Source of the DNA: a virus
Taxonomy: Duplodnaviria > Caudoviricetes
Direction: 5' to 3' (one strand)
IMG/VR virus record: IMGVR_UViG_3300020045_005788
Coordinates: 1 to 29,926 of that record
Length of the DNA stretch: 29,926 nt
In this document: positions 1 through 8,619 of the stretch, in pieces
Position numbering within the stretch: position 1 is the stretch's first letter
How the letters are laid out: each line of letters opens with the position of its first letter
The notes under the pieces: generated by a model
Seen by the model: only the letters and a program-made list of their open reading frames with translations
Told to the model about the DNA's origin: nothing
Databases searched by the model: none
Program-made: the position numbers and the translations under genes

Positions 1-160
1 CTCTGCCTCCGGCAAAAGCACTTGGGCGGAAGCCTACTGCCGTAATAACGGTGCCGTCAACATTAACAGAGATGACCTGCGCTTCTCCCTGTCTGGCTTC
101 CGCACATGGTCTTGCTATAAGGTCAATTTAGTGGGGGGCGTAGATGATGAGATTTATTAA
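1..160 (+). pseudogene. Truncated duplicate of the 5' part of the pnk gene (or an assembly-edge artefact)
   Basis: Bases 1-121 are identical to 2025-2145 (SASGKSTWAEAY...SCYK, Walker A region). The frame then diverges and stops at TAA 158-160. Confidence 0.6.
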
Positions 161-341
161 GTTGACATACGGGGAAGACAAGAGTCCCGTCTTTATCCGT
201 GCGGAGGAGGTTGAAGCGTTTTTCCCTCACCTGTATGAGAAGACATTGCTTGTCCGTACAAAATCGGGTGGCACGTACACGGTGAATGAAACACCATCAG
301 AAATATATAGACTGTTGAATGAATATGAGGGGACAGACTAA
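144..341 (+). CDS. Small FlbD-like protein
   Basis: FIKLT...VFIRAEEVEAF...T.LV.TKSG..Y.V.ET..EI pattern resembles the FlbD family. G-rich SD upstream; stop overlaps the next ATG (TAATG). Confidence 0.6.
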   Translation: MMRFIKLTYGEDKSPVFIRAEEVEAFFPHLYEKTLLVRTKSGGTYTVNETPSEIYRLLNEYEGTD

Positions 342-1630
342 TGCATAAAGCTATCGTAGCCAAGATAACAGATACCTACCCCATTAATGGTGCTGAGAAT
401 ATTCAGGTTGCCGTTGTTCTGGGGGAGAAAGTGGTTGTATCAAAGGGTGCAAAAGTGGGGGATACCGGCGTATTTTTTGAGCCAGATTTGCAGCTGTCAG
501 TGGCGTTTTGTCACCAAAATAACCTGTTTCGTGACAAAAATGCCAACAGTGATAAAGAAAAAACAGGGTTTTTTGAGGATAACCGCCGGGTTCGTGCACA
601 GACCTTTATGAAGGTGAAATCATGCGGGTTCTTTGCCACACCAGAGCAATTCCTCTTTGCTGGTGGTATTCCAAAAGATGTTGGTGCACAGTTTGATGAA
701 CTAAACGGGGTGCCTATTTGCCAGAAGTACATCAACGAGAGAACTGCGAGGATCAAGGCGGGCAACCAGCAGAAGAAGGTGGATAAGAGGGTAACCACAC
801 CGCTCTTCAAGGAGCATGTTGATACAGAGCAATTTAAATATTGTGTTGAAAACATCCTACCGGGGACACTAATCAGCTTCCACAACAAATATCACGGCAC
901 ATCTGGCAGGTATGCGCATACAAAGGTGGTGCACAAACTTCCATGGTGGAAGCGAATGATTAATAGAGCTGCCAACGTGTTTCCAACGGAAACGTATGAA
1001 TATGTTGTGGGAACACGGCGCGTGTCCCTTTACGGGAAGGGCCCCCACCGGGATGGCTTCCATGGGTCAGAGCAGTTCCGCTATGATGTGTTGGATACTC
1101 TCAAGGCGCACATGCCGAGAGGGATGACCATCTACGGAGAGATTGTTGGCTATGCCAACGGCAACCCAATCATGGGGATGCATAACGCGGGTATTCTAAA
1201 GGATAAGACGTTTGAGAAGAAGTATGGCAACCCCATAATCTACTCTTACGGGTGCAAGGAATGGCAGCACCGCTTTATTGTCTACCGCATTACAATAACA
1301 GGTGACGATGGTGCAACCATTGACCTTACATACCCGCAGCTTGCTAACTGGTGTAAGGCGCGTGATATAGAATACTCAATGTCTATTGCCCAACCAGTCA
1401 TCTATGACGGTGATGCGGGTGCCCTAGCCGCGCTTGTGGAATCACTCACAGAGCGGCCAGATGTGCTATCTGAAGACTACGATGATCCATCCATCCCCTG
1501 TGAAGGGGTTATTGTCCGCGTAGACGGGGCGGGGCTTACACCGAAGTTTTACAAGAGTAAATCCTTTGCTTTCCGTGTCATGGAGGGGCTAGCAAAAGAA
1601 GTGGATGTTGACATTGAGGATGCAAGTTAG
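341..1630 (+). CDS. ATP-dependent RNA ligase (DRB0094/Rnl2-like) with N-terminal OB-like module
   Basis: Nucleotidyltransferase motifs: I NKYHGTS, III IYGEI, IIIa FIVYRI, IV EGVIVR, V YKSKS. N-terminus PINGAENIQVA...GVFFEPDLQL. Adjacent to pnk. Confidence 0.85.
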   Translation: MHKAIVAKITDTYPINGAENIQVAVVLGEKVVVSKGAKVGDTGVFFEPDLQLSVAFCHQNNLFRDKNANSDKEKTGFFEDNRRVRAQTFMKVKSCGFFATPEQFLFAGGIPKDVGAQFDELNGVPICQKYINERTARIKAGNQQKKVDKRVTTPLFKEHVDTEQFKYCVENILPGTLISFHNKYHGTSGRYAHTKVVHKLPWWKRMINRAANVFPTETYEYVVGTRRVSLYGKGPHRDGFHGSEQFRYDVLDTLKAHMPRGMTIYGEIVGYANGNPIMGMHNAGILKDKTFEKKYGNPIIYSYGCKEWQHRFIVYRITITGDDGATIDLTYPQLANWCKARDIEYSMSIAQPVIYDGDAGALAALVESLTERPDVLSEDYDDPSIPCEGVIVRVDGAGLTPKFYKSKSFAFRVMEGLAKEVDVDIEDAS

Positions 1631-1683
1631 TATATTAGCCCGCTGTGAAAGCAGCAGGGTTTACTGGTTCGAGGGGGAAATAA

Positions 1684-1977
1684 ATGAGCGACAATCTCTG
1701 TGCAAAATGCGGTAAAGATGTGATAAATCTTTGGCAGACACCCACGCAGATAACGCGCATCATCCTCGTGGATGATCGAGGCGGCATAAAAATGCTGAAA
1801 GGTAAGAACGCTAGACGGGCTCTTATGGCCTACAGAGAATGGGTAAGGTACTCAAGAAACGGTTCATGGGAGAGCATGGACGCCTTGAACGAGTACACCG
1901 AAGCGGTAAATGAGCACATCTGGTATATAGATCAGATTCTTGATTCTTTTAAACCATTAGAAGTATACACCATCTAA
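1684..1977 (+). CDS. Hypothetical protein
   Basis: GAGGGG SD, CxxC near the N-terminus, fits operon spacing. Confidence 0.65.
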   Translation: MSDNLCAKCGKDVINLWQTPTQITRIILVDDRGGIKMLKGKNARRALMAYREWVRYSRNGSWESMDALNEYTEAVNEHIWYIDQILDSFKPLEVYTI

Positions 1978-1995
1978 GACCAGTAGGAGATAAGC

Positions 1996-2859
1996 ATGCC
2001 AAACCTCATATTAACAATCGGAATCTCTGCCTCCGGCAAAAGCACTTGGGCGGAAGCCTACTGCCGTAATAACGGTGCCGTCAACATTAACAGAGATGAC
2101 CTGCGCTTCTCCCTGTCTGGCTTCCGCACATGGTCTTGCTATAAGTTCAAGAAACCGTTTGAGGCTCTAATCACGCGAGTTCAGGAGGCTATTGCCAGAG
2201 AGGCCGTGAGCACTAAATCCGATATTGTCATATCAGACACCAACCTCAACCCCTCCTACCATGTTAAATGGCATAACTTCGCCGTGGAGAACGGTTATAC
2301 GCTCAAGAAGGAGTTCTTTGATACTTCTGTAGAAGAGTGCATCAAGCGTGATACGCAGCGGGCCAATGGTGTAGGCGCAGCAGTGATCCACCAGCAATAT
2401 GCTAAATGGCTTGACCTGCGCGGTCACAAGAAGCACCAGCACGAAGAGGGGCTGCCATCCTGTATTATTGTGGACGTAGATGGAACACTGGATAGGATGG
2501 GCAATAGAGGCCCTTTTGACTGGGAGGTTGATACCGTGGACGCTGTAGTGAGGCAGATTACCAACTCGTTAGGTGGGCGAGTTGACACCGTGTTTCTCCT
2601 CTCTGGCAGGGATGAGGTGTGCAGAGCGGAGACTGAACTGTGGCTAAAGGCAAACGATGTTCGCTACGACCACCTTGAAATGCGTCCAAAAGGCAGCTAT
2701 GAAAAGGACACGATCATCAAGAAACGGATGTTTGATAATCTGATCGACGGGAAGTATAACGTACTGGCTGTGTTAGATGGTCGTCCGTGTGCGGTGAATA
2801 TGTGGAATGGCATGGGTTTGAAGGTGCTGGCTGTAGCAGACCAGCGTATTGAATTTTAG
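1996..2859 (+). CDS. pseT: Polynucleotide 5'-kinase/3'-phosphatase (T4 PseT-like)
   Basis: Walker A GISASGKST, NRDDLR, SDTNLN, ECIKRD..R, HAD motif DVDGT, SGR, MRP...D..IK. AGGAGA SD. Confidence 0.92.
   Translation: MPNLILTIGISASGKSTWAEAYCRNNGAVNINRDDLRFSLSGFRTWSCYKFKKPFEALITRVQEAIAREAVSTKSDIVISDTNLNPSYHVKWHNFAVENGYTLKKEFFDTSVEECIKRDTQRANGVGAAVIHQQYAKWLDLRGHKKHQHEEGLPSCIIVDVDGTLDRMGNRGPFDWEVDTVDAVVRQITNSLGGRVDTVFLLSGRDEVCRAETELWLKANDVRYDHLEMRPKGSYEKDTIIKKRMFDNLIDGKYNVLAVLDGRPCAVNMWNGMGLKVLAVADQRIEF
2025..2145 (+). repeat. 121-bp exact direct repeat of window bases 1-121
   Basis: Base-by-base identity; extends to 126 bp with one mismatch. Confidence 0.95.
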
Positions 2860-2870
2860 AGGACAGACTA

Positions 2871-3782
2871 ATGCAACGCATTATTGGCTACAAAGGTTTT
2901 GATAAAAACCTACAGTGTCGTGGATTTCAGTATGAAATCGGGAAGGAGTATGCCCACAAGGGAGAGGTGGAAGCCTGCGAGGTGGGTTTCCACTGGTGTA
3001 AACACCCACTTGACACATTCAAGTACTACCCACCGATTGATGGCAATCGGTATTGCATTGTTGAGGGGTGGGGGGACATCTCCGAAGGAGATGATTCCAA
3101 GGTTGCGTCAAGCAACATCTGTATCTCTAGGGAAGTCACTCTAGCGGAGCTTATTAAGGCCGCGCCCTCCGCTACGAGCGGGGATTGTTCCCCCTTCGCA
3201 ACAAGCGAGAAGTGTTCCCCTTCCGCTACAAGCGGGGATTACTCCCTTTCCACTACAAGCGGGGGGTATTCCCCCTCCGCTACAAGCGGGAGGAATTCCC
3301 CCTCCGCTACAAGCGAGAAGTGTTCCCCTTCCGCTACGAGCGGGAAGTATTCCCGCTCCGCTACAAACGGGAGGAATTCCCCCTCCGCTACAAGCGGGGA
3401 TGATTCCCCCTCCGCTACAAGCGGGGATTACTCCCCTTCCGCTACAAGCGGAGATCGCTCCCGCTCCGCTACAAGCGGGGATGACTCCCCCTCCGCTACC
3501 AGCGGGGATTTTTCAACTTCTGTGACAAACGGGGGGCACTCCCCTGCAGCCGCAGGGGGAAGGAACTCTATAGCGGCAGCGCTAGGAACAAACTCTAAAG
3601 CTAAGGCCGGGGTAGGAGGGGCTATTGTCTTGACCTGCATATGTCCAACAACTCACGAGATACTCTCGGTGAGAGCATCCAAGGTAGGGGAGAACGGGAT
3701 ATTACCGGGAGTATGGTACTCCCTCGACAAAGATGGGAATTTTGTTGCGTGTGTGGCAGCTGATAATCAGGGGGCGCTATGA
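2871..3782 (+). CDS. Phage protein with a conserved KGFD...C..GFH.C..PLD...YY N-domain (DUF7666-like) and a 9-aa tandem repeat region
   Basis: N-terminal YKGFDKNLQCRGFQYEIGKEY...CEVGFHWCKHPLDTFKYY; central (TSGxxSPSA)n; C-terminal VGENGI.PGVWYSL..G.F. Confidence 0.8.
   Translation: MQRIIGYKGFDKNLQCRGFQYEIGKEYAHKGEVEACEVGFHWCKHPLDTFKYYPPIDGNRYCIVEGWGDISEGDDSKVASSNICISREVTLAELIKAAPSATSGDCSPFATSEKCSPSATSGDYSLSTTSGGYSPSATSGRNSPSATSEKCSPSATSGKYSRSATNGRNSPSATSGDDSPSATSGDYSPSATSGDRSRSATSGDDSPSATSGDFSTSVTNGGHSPAAAGGRNSIAAALGTNSKAKAGVGGAIVLTCICPTTHEILSVRASKVGENGILPGVWYSLDKDGNFVACVAADNQGAL
3174..3605 (+). repeat. 27-bp coding tandem repeat, 13 close units plus about 3 degenerate units
   Basis: Consensus ACAAGCGGGnnnnnnTCCCCCTCCGCT, encoding T-S-G-x-x-S-P-S-A. 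Confidence 0.9.
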
Positions 3783-3985
3783 GTTTGGAAACAACACAGA
3801 ATGACAGGGACATCGCTTTTAACACGTTAAAAGCGCAGGCGGAGCACCACGGGCTAGACCCCGATGATCCAAAGCTTATGGCCTTCCTCTGCCGCCATGC
3901 TGATGACCTTGCAGCGTGGTCTGCCCAAAGCCGTTGGTTGCAGGGCCTTGTGATGGCACAACTTGAAAAGGAGCTGAATGGATGA
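3779..3985 (+). CDS. Hypothetical protein
   Basis: ATGA overlaps at both ends; AGGGGG SD. Confidence 0.7.
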   Translation: MSLETTQNDRDIAFNTLKAQAEHHGLDPDDPKLMAFLCRHADDLAAWSAQSRWLQGLVMAQLEKELNG

Positions 3986-4410
3986 TTGAAGCGATCATCT
4001 TGTCATCACTTCTGTCTCTATCCCCGCACCAAGTGGATGAGCTGGGGTGTATGGTGGAAGCCCTCTACTATGAGGCGCGGAATGACACACAAGAGGGTAT
4101 GTCCGCTGTTGCATCCGTCATCATCAACAGAGTGCAACACCCAAAGTTCCACCACACCATCTGTGGGGTGATACGTGATGAAGGGAGCTTCAGTTATTAT
4201 TCAGATGGTAAGCCAGAGGACTTCCAGTTTGATGGTGTGGTGGACAGGAGGGCGTTTAACGTGGTTGTTGGGGTGGCCCTGACAGCGGTGAATGGAGCTC
4301 TTGTTGACAGGACAGGCGGAAGCTTGTATTATCACACGGTCGACGGGAAGCGGCCTAAGTGGGCATCCTCTAACGGCGTAACAATCGGAAAGCATGTGTT
4401 TTATAAATGA
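3982..4410 (+). CDS. Cell-wall hydrolase, SleB/Hydrolase_2 family
   Basis: CMVEALYYEAR (catalytic Glu), VASVIINRV...F..TIC.VI, FS, T.G.LYYH, IGKHVFY; hydrophobic N-terminus. Confidence 0.88.
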   Translation: MIEAIILSSLLSLSPHQVDELGCMVEALYYEARNDTQEGMSAVASVIINRVQHPKFHHTICGVIRDEGSFSYYSDGKPEDFQFDGVVDRRAFNVVVGVALTAVNGALVDRTGGSLYYHTVDGKRPKWASSNGVTIGKHVFYK

Positions 4411-4422
4411 GAGGGGTGACAA

Positions 4423-4593
4423 ATGACAGATGAGTTGTTTGATATTATCATTGAAACCGCTGTGGGTGAAACCAAGTCAAAGCTGCGCTTTAAAAACGCG
4501 GAGTGCTATGAGCGCTATATCATGGCGAACACCACAATGGCCGAGGAGATGTTCATTAGTGATAGAACCAAGGAAGGAAACATTAAGCACTGA
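4423..4593 (+). CDS. Hypothetical protein, 56 aa (not in ORF track)
   Basis: GAGGGG SD then ATG ACA GAT GAG: MTDELFDIIIETAVGETKSKLRF...IKH*. Better start context than the 4430..4663 frame. Confidence 0.55.
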   Translation: MTDELFDIIIETAVGETKSKLRFKNAECYERYIMANTTMAEEMFISDRTKEGNIKH

Positions 4594-4663
4594 ACGTGTG
4601 AAGTTTATGAGCCACAAACGCAGATGCGCATATCTACTTTTGGACAAAAGACTGGAGAGTTAG

Positions 4664-4894
4664 ATGGAGATACTAAGTATATTAGCACCAAATATGTTCG
4701 AGGCAGTGACACTTGCTTGGCTTATTGGTGTGTTCTACCACACAGAGTTATTCAATTTCACACACTACAATGAGATGAAAACCTATACCAATATACTGCA
4801 CATCTATTTGTGGCCGATTACGAGGGTTTTGTATTACATACATGTTGCATTCTGCAAGGTGCAGGGTTATACTCCTGCTGACTATTTTGAATAG
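4664..4894 (+). CDS. Hypothetical membrane protein
   Basis: GGAGAG SD, hydrophobic segments, LWP motif; followed by a hairpin. Confidence 0.6.
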   Translation: MEILSILAPNMFEAVTLAWLIGVFYHTELFNFTHYNEMKTYTNILHIYLWPITRVLYYIHVAFCKVQGYTPADYFE

Positions 4895-4914
4895 GGGCGA
4901 AAGCCCCTTAATTT
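4893..4914 (+). terminator. Probable intrinsic terminator or hairpin
   Basis: AGGGGC-GAAA-GCCCCT followed by TAATTT (weak U tract). Confidence 0.55.
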
Positions 4915-4927
4915 CGAGGGCGGGAAA

Positions 4928-5266
4928 ATGTATATAACAGAGGATGTCCTGCTAGCCGCAGGCTACCGAAAATTCGGGAAATGGCCGCCAAAAATAGCAG
5001 ACAACTTATTCCAGCGGCGGATCAGCGACGAGAACGGTACGCGATATTACATAGACATCTGGATGTACGACTGGAGTAAGTATCCACACCATATAGGTGA
5101 GTATAAGCAGGCTTTTGAGGCAGAGGCTTATTACAGTGATGGCATATCTGCTATACTGCACCATTGCGAGGAAAGAACACTGGAAAAAGTTGAGGAGTTC
5201 TTTGCTGACCTGTTTATCAAGTTCGGTGCAGGATACTACGAGATGGCTGGAGGGGTAGATGCTTAA
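4928..5266 (+). CDS. Hypothetical phage protein
   Basis: SD present; FQRRI.D..G.RYYID...VEEFF..LF...GAGYYE pattern; overlaps the next ORF. Confidence 0.7.
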   Translation: MYITEDVLLAAGYRKFGKWPPKIADNLFQRRISDENGTRYYIDIWMYDWSKYPHHIGEYKQAFEAEAYYSDGISAILHHCEERTLEKVEEFFADLFIKFGAGYYEMAGGVDA

Positions 5267-5483
5267 GTGGGTGGGTTATGGTGAGCTGAACACGGCGTTG
5301 AACATGCTACAAGAGGTTGGTGATGCGGCTTGGATAAGATCACAAGACACCCGGAGAAGTGAAATTGACAGGGCCAGAGATGAGGCATCCCACTCAGCTT
5401 ATGTTTACTGCCAGCACTTGTTGACTCATCTAGATAAATACCAGAGGTGTGACAATGAACCCGATCATCAAAATGTTGGTTGA
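5259..5483 (+). CDS. Hypothetical protein
   Basis: GGAGGGG SD; overlaps neighbouring ORFs. Confidence 0.6.
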   Translation: MLKWVGYGELNTALNMLQEVGDAAWIRSQDTRRSEIDRARDEASHSAYVYCQHLLTHLDKYQRCDNEPDHQNVG

Positions 5484-5622
5484 GCGTGACGGCATGTCCA
5501 TAAACGAGGCACGAGACCTTTTGAGGGAGGCGAGGGGTGCTGTGCGCGACGGGGAAGACCCCGAAGAAATCCTGCTGGACTGGTTTGGCCTAGAGCCTGA
5601 CTACCTCTTTGACCTGATCTGA
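5455..5622 (+). CDS. Small conserved-looking phage protein, 55 aa (not in ORF track)
   Basis: GAGGTG SD; MNPIIKMLVERDGMSINEARDLLREARGAVRDGEDPEEILLDWFGLEPDYLFDLI*. Confidence 0.7.
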   Translation: MNPIIKMLVERDGMSINEARDLLREARGAVRDGEDPEEILLDWFGLEPDYLFDLI

Positions 5623-5631
5623 GGACCACCT

Positions 5632-5865
5632 ATGACATCATTACGTGTTGCCGATGGGATACCGAAGGGGAGCTCCTGTTATGAAGCAGAGGTGTATGAT
5701 ATATTGGCCAACAGACGCTACATTGATGGGGTGTGCCCTTATTGGGGTAGCTGCCCTGATAAGAGCGCCATGACAAATGGGTACTGTAACCTTACAGGGA
5801 AGAAAGATTGGCAGGATGGCACATCTCTCTGGAATATGGATAAGTGCTGTGGAGAGAATTTGTGA
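5632..5865 (+). CDS. Cys-rich hypothetical protein
   Basis: GAGGA SD; IPKG..CY, CPYW, GYC, LW...K.CG.N; stop overlaps the next GTG. Confidence 0.7.
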   Translation: MTSLRVADGIPKGSSCYEAEVYDILANRRYIDGVCPYWGSCPDKSAMTNGYCNLTGKKDWQDGTSLWNMDKCCGENL

Positions 5866-6410
5866 GCAAGGTATTCTTTCTAAGTGACCTCCACTTCTTC
5901 CACAAGAATATCTGCAATATGCACCAAGGCCACCGTGTCGGGACGACAAGTGAGGAACACGACGAGTGGCTTATTGATGTATGGAACAGCAAAGTGAAAA
6001 AGCGTGACCTTGTTAAGGTGCTTGGTGATGTTTGCATGGGAGGGATAACTAATTCGGAACGATTGAGCATCATTGGTAAGCTGAACGGGACTAAGCACCT
6101 TGTGCTAGGTAACCATGATTGCTTTGCAATCAATGAATATACGAAGTATTTCAGTGCAGTCACTGGGCTTACCAAGTATAAAGGCTATTGGCTATCGCAT
6201 TGCCCTATTCATGAGGCTGAGCTACGGGGGAAGAAAAATATCCACGGGCACACACATTCAGCGGTCATGCTTGATTCGAGCGGAATACGAGATAGCAGAT
6301 ACGTCAATGTCTGTGTTGAGGCATCTGCCGATGGAGGGCCAATCCCTTTTGAGGATATTGTAAGCGGGGGGCACACAGGTATGCCAATTAAGAAAGAAGC
6401 CCCAATTTAG
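5862..6410 (+). CDS. Calcineurin-like metallophosphoesterase
   Basis: SDLH, LGDV, LGNHD, SHCP and HGHTH motifs. Start moved to GTG 5862 (GGAGAG SD, GTGA overlap). Confidence 0.9.
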   Translation: MSKVFFLSDLHFFHKNICNMHQGHRVGTTSEEHDEWLIDVWNSKVKKRDLVKVLGDVCMGGITNSERLSIIGKLNGTKHLVLGNHDCFAINEYTKYFSAVTGLTKYKGYWLSHCPIHEAELRGKKNIHGHTHSAVMLDSSGIRDSRYVNVCVEASADGGPIPFEDIVSGGHTGMPIKKEAPI

Positions 6411-6442
6411 GGGCGATGATACCAGGAATGGGTATGGGGAAG

Positions 6443-6464
6443 AGGGGCCGTAAGGCCCCTTTTT
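6443..6464 (+). terminator. Intrinsic terminator between convergent units
   Basis: AGGGGCC-GTAA-GGCCCCT-TTTT. Confidence 0.85.
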
Positions 6465-6469
6465 ATTGT

Positions 6470-8569
6470 TTAGATTTCACAGTTTCCGGCAGTACAGGCC
6501 AGGGTTTGAACACCCTGTGCATTGTCCTGATCCTCTTGTAGGCTGATGTTATCCCAGTCTACATTCGGCATCTCGCTTAGCATCTTATGATATTCCTCCT
6601 TTGTTATTGCCTCATAGGGGGCTTGCTTGTATGTATGGTCTGATCTAGGTAGAAAACTGACACCTGAGACAGAATCAAAATTCTTCCAAAGCCAAGCACC
6701 AACTTCCATAAACTCATCGTCAGAGTAATAGATGGTGATGGACGGCTTATGTTCACACCAGTGATCTTGATATGTTTTCCAGAAGTTCAACTGGTCAATA
6801 GCTGACAATTCATCCGTTGTAGTGCACCCCTCCGGGGCTTTAATTGGGAATGAAAATACAGCATTCGATGGATTCATAACATCGACTTCCCAAGGAAACC
6901 CCTCTGCTGCCATCCACTGTGTTAACGGGTCTTTCATATCACCACGGACGCGGCGGATGTAATATTCGGAAAATCTCGCGTGCATCCCACTGGACGCATC
7001 AACAAGCTGCGAAGCAGTCCCCTCTGGTTTTACACATGTTGCAGCAGCAGCTTGTTTTATGCCAAGCATACTTGCCCACTCCTTGTTGGTGTCAATCACA
7101 ACCTGCCTAATCCCCTCAAGACCAGCCTCAAGGCTTGTCCCACAGGGGAAGCCGAGTTGCTTCTTGCTTAGCACTAAATGATCCATAATCCCTGTCATGC
7201 TAACCCCAAGAAGGGCCTCATCTTCCGTGTTTGCCTTCCACTCCGGGCTAAGGTACTTAAAATCCGTCAGAGTAGCCTGCAACGTGCCCATAATAGCAGC
7301 ATTTCTGGCCTTCTTTTTGAGTTCCTCTAGCGTATCACTTGCTCTTACCACAATTGTGCTAAGGTTGCAAAACTGTTTTTGACGAAGAATTATTTCTGAG
7401 CACGGGTTAGTTCCAAAGTGCTTATACGCAGCCCTTCGCTTATTCTTAGCTGCTTGCCTCTCACTAGCTACACGAGAAAAGAAACCCCTCTCACCGCTCT
7501 TAGAATTATACAGATTAATCCACTCTTGCATAAATTGACTTACATCGGGCCTCTCCGTATAACAGACAGAGTTGTTTGCCAATCGGCGTTGTGGTTCTGT
7601 CTCCCACCAGTTACCGCTCTTTGCTGTCGCCATGCGCTGATCAGATAAGTTACTAAGGCTTAAACAAGCCGCCCGTCTTACACCGCCAACGACGACAACG
7701 TCACCGATCTTGCAGCAGAGGTCGTGGCACTCTAGGCTTGTCAATTTTCGGCCATACGCCCTTTTAAACATCTCTTTGGCGAATGTGAAAAGTTCTACTA
7801 GTGGTTCGGGCCCACTCGCCCTGCCACCAAAAGTTTTTAGCGGGGCACCTTTAGGGCGCACAGATGACACATCCCAGCTAACATCGAAGTTTCCATTATA
7901 CAGCTCAAATAGCAGGATTCGCAGCGATGACGCCCAGCCATATTTACTGTCGTGGACATGAATGGTGTTTGATCTCTTATCCAGAGTTGATATTTCCTCC
8001 CTGGGAACACCATTGAAGTTTTTGTTGTTTGGCAAGCAACCGCGCCTATTCAACTTTTTACCAACTTTGGGTAGATTGCTTATATACTGACGCTCAACAC
8101 TATATCCAACACCTGTACCACATAACAAAATATACATCATTTCATCAAAGTCTATCGGGTTTGACAGGTGTATTTCTATTGGCTCATCAATCTCATCGTG
8201 TGTTAGTTCAATTTTCTTTCCTGCACCCTTAATTGCAGTATATGAGCAACTATATCCGGCGACATTATCCCGCTCCAACGCAATACCGGCGCACATCAGT
8301 GAGCGCATTGAAGGTAAATCCTCTAACATCAGAATAGATGGTAGAACAACGTCATTAAACTCCCGCACCGCCTTTTCTGCATCCTCCTTCGACATTTTCT
8401 TATCAATCACGTCTGTGAAGAAGGAGCCATATCTTCCAACAGTCTCTGGCCACACTTCGCGACGTTTCAAGTTGTTTAGATAGCGCGAATAGCGACTAAT
8501 ATGAATATAACCTTGATAAGGGTCTAACTTAACACCATCCACCTTTTCCACCTCTTTGTTTTGATACAC
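6470..8569 (-). CDS. nrdJ: Class II (adenosylcobalamin-dependent) ribonucleoside-triphosphate reductase, monomeric type
   Basis: PSMR.L, LLCGTGVG, FGG.ASGPEPL, VVGGVRR.A, TNPCSEI, CVKPEGT.S, WCEHKPS.T, C-terminal CTAGNCEI. No adjacent nrdB in the window. Start codon uncertain. Confidence 0.9.
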   Translation of the reverse strand: MYQNKEVEKVDGVKLDPYQGYIHISRYSRYLNNLKRREVWPETVGRYGSFFTDVIDKKMSKEDAEKAVREFNDVVLPSILMLEDLPSMRSLMCAGIALERDNVAGYSCSYTAIKGAGKKIELTHDEIDEPIEIHLSNPIDFDEMMYILLCGTGVGYSVERQYISNLPKVGKKLNRRGCLPNNKNFNGVPREEISTLDKRSNTIHVHDSKYGWASSLRILLFELYNGNFDVSWDVSSVRPKGAPLKTFGGRASGPEPLVELFTFAKEMFKRAYGRKLTSLECHDLCCKIGDVVVVGGVRRAACLSLSNLSDQRMATAKSGNWWETEPQRRLANNSVCYTERPDVSQFMQEWINLYNSKSGERGFFSRVASERQAAKNKRRAAYKHFGTNPCSEIILRQKQFCNLSTIVVRASDTLEELKKKARNAAIMGTLQATLTDFKYLSPEWKANTEDEALLGVSMTGIMDHLVLSKKQLGFPCGTSLEAGLEGIRQVVIDTNKEWASMLGIKQAAAATCVKPEGTASQLVDASSGMHARFSEYYIRRVRGDMKDPLTQWMAAEGFPWEVDVMNPSNAVFSFPIKAPEGCTTTDELSAIDQLNFWKTYQDHWCEHKPSITIYYSDDEFMEVGAWLWKNFDSVSGVSFLPRSDHTYKQAPYEAITKEEYHKMLSEMPNVDWDNISLQEDQDNAQGVQTLACTAGNCEI

Positions 8570-8596
8570 CTGTTTCCACTCTAATCCCCTACAGAC

Positions 8597-8619
8597 AAAA
8601 AGACCGCCTTTCGGCGGCC
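8597..8619 (-). terminator. Intrinsic terminator just upstream of nrdJ
   Basis: Minus strand GGCCGCC-GAAA-GGCGGTC-TTTTT. Confidence 0.75.

Noticed and set aside
3174-3605. CRISPR array or DGR variable region
   Set aside because: Units are contiguous and in frame with no unique spacers; no cas, reverse transcriptase or template repeat in the window.
4430-4663. 77-aa ORF from the track
   Set aside because: The alternative frame 4423..4593 has proper SD spacing and a more typical composition.
6919-8232. Short plus-strand ORFs inside nrdJ and similar antisense ORFs across the structural genes
   Set aside because: Shadow frames of strongly supported genes; no motifs or RBS.
6470-8569. Intein or intron in nrdJ
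   Set aside because: The ORF is continuous and of ordinary length; only short apparent loop insertions, with no intein splice motifs.
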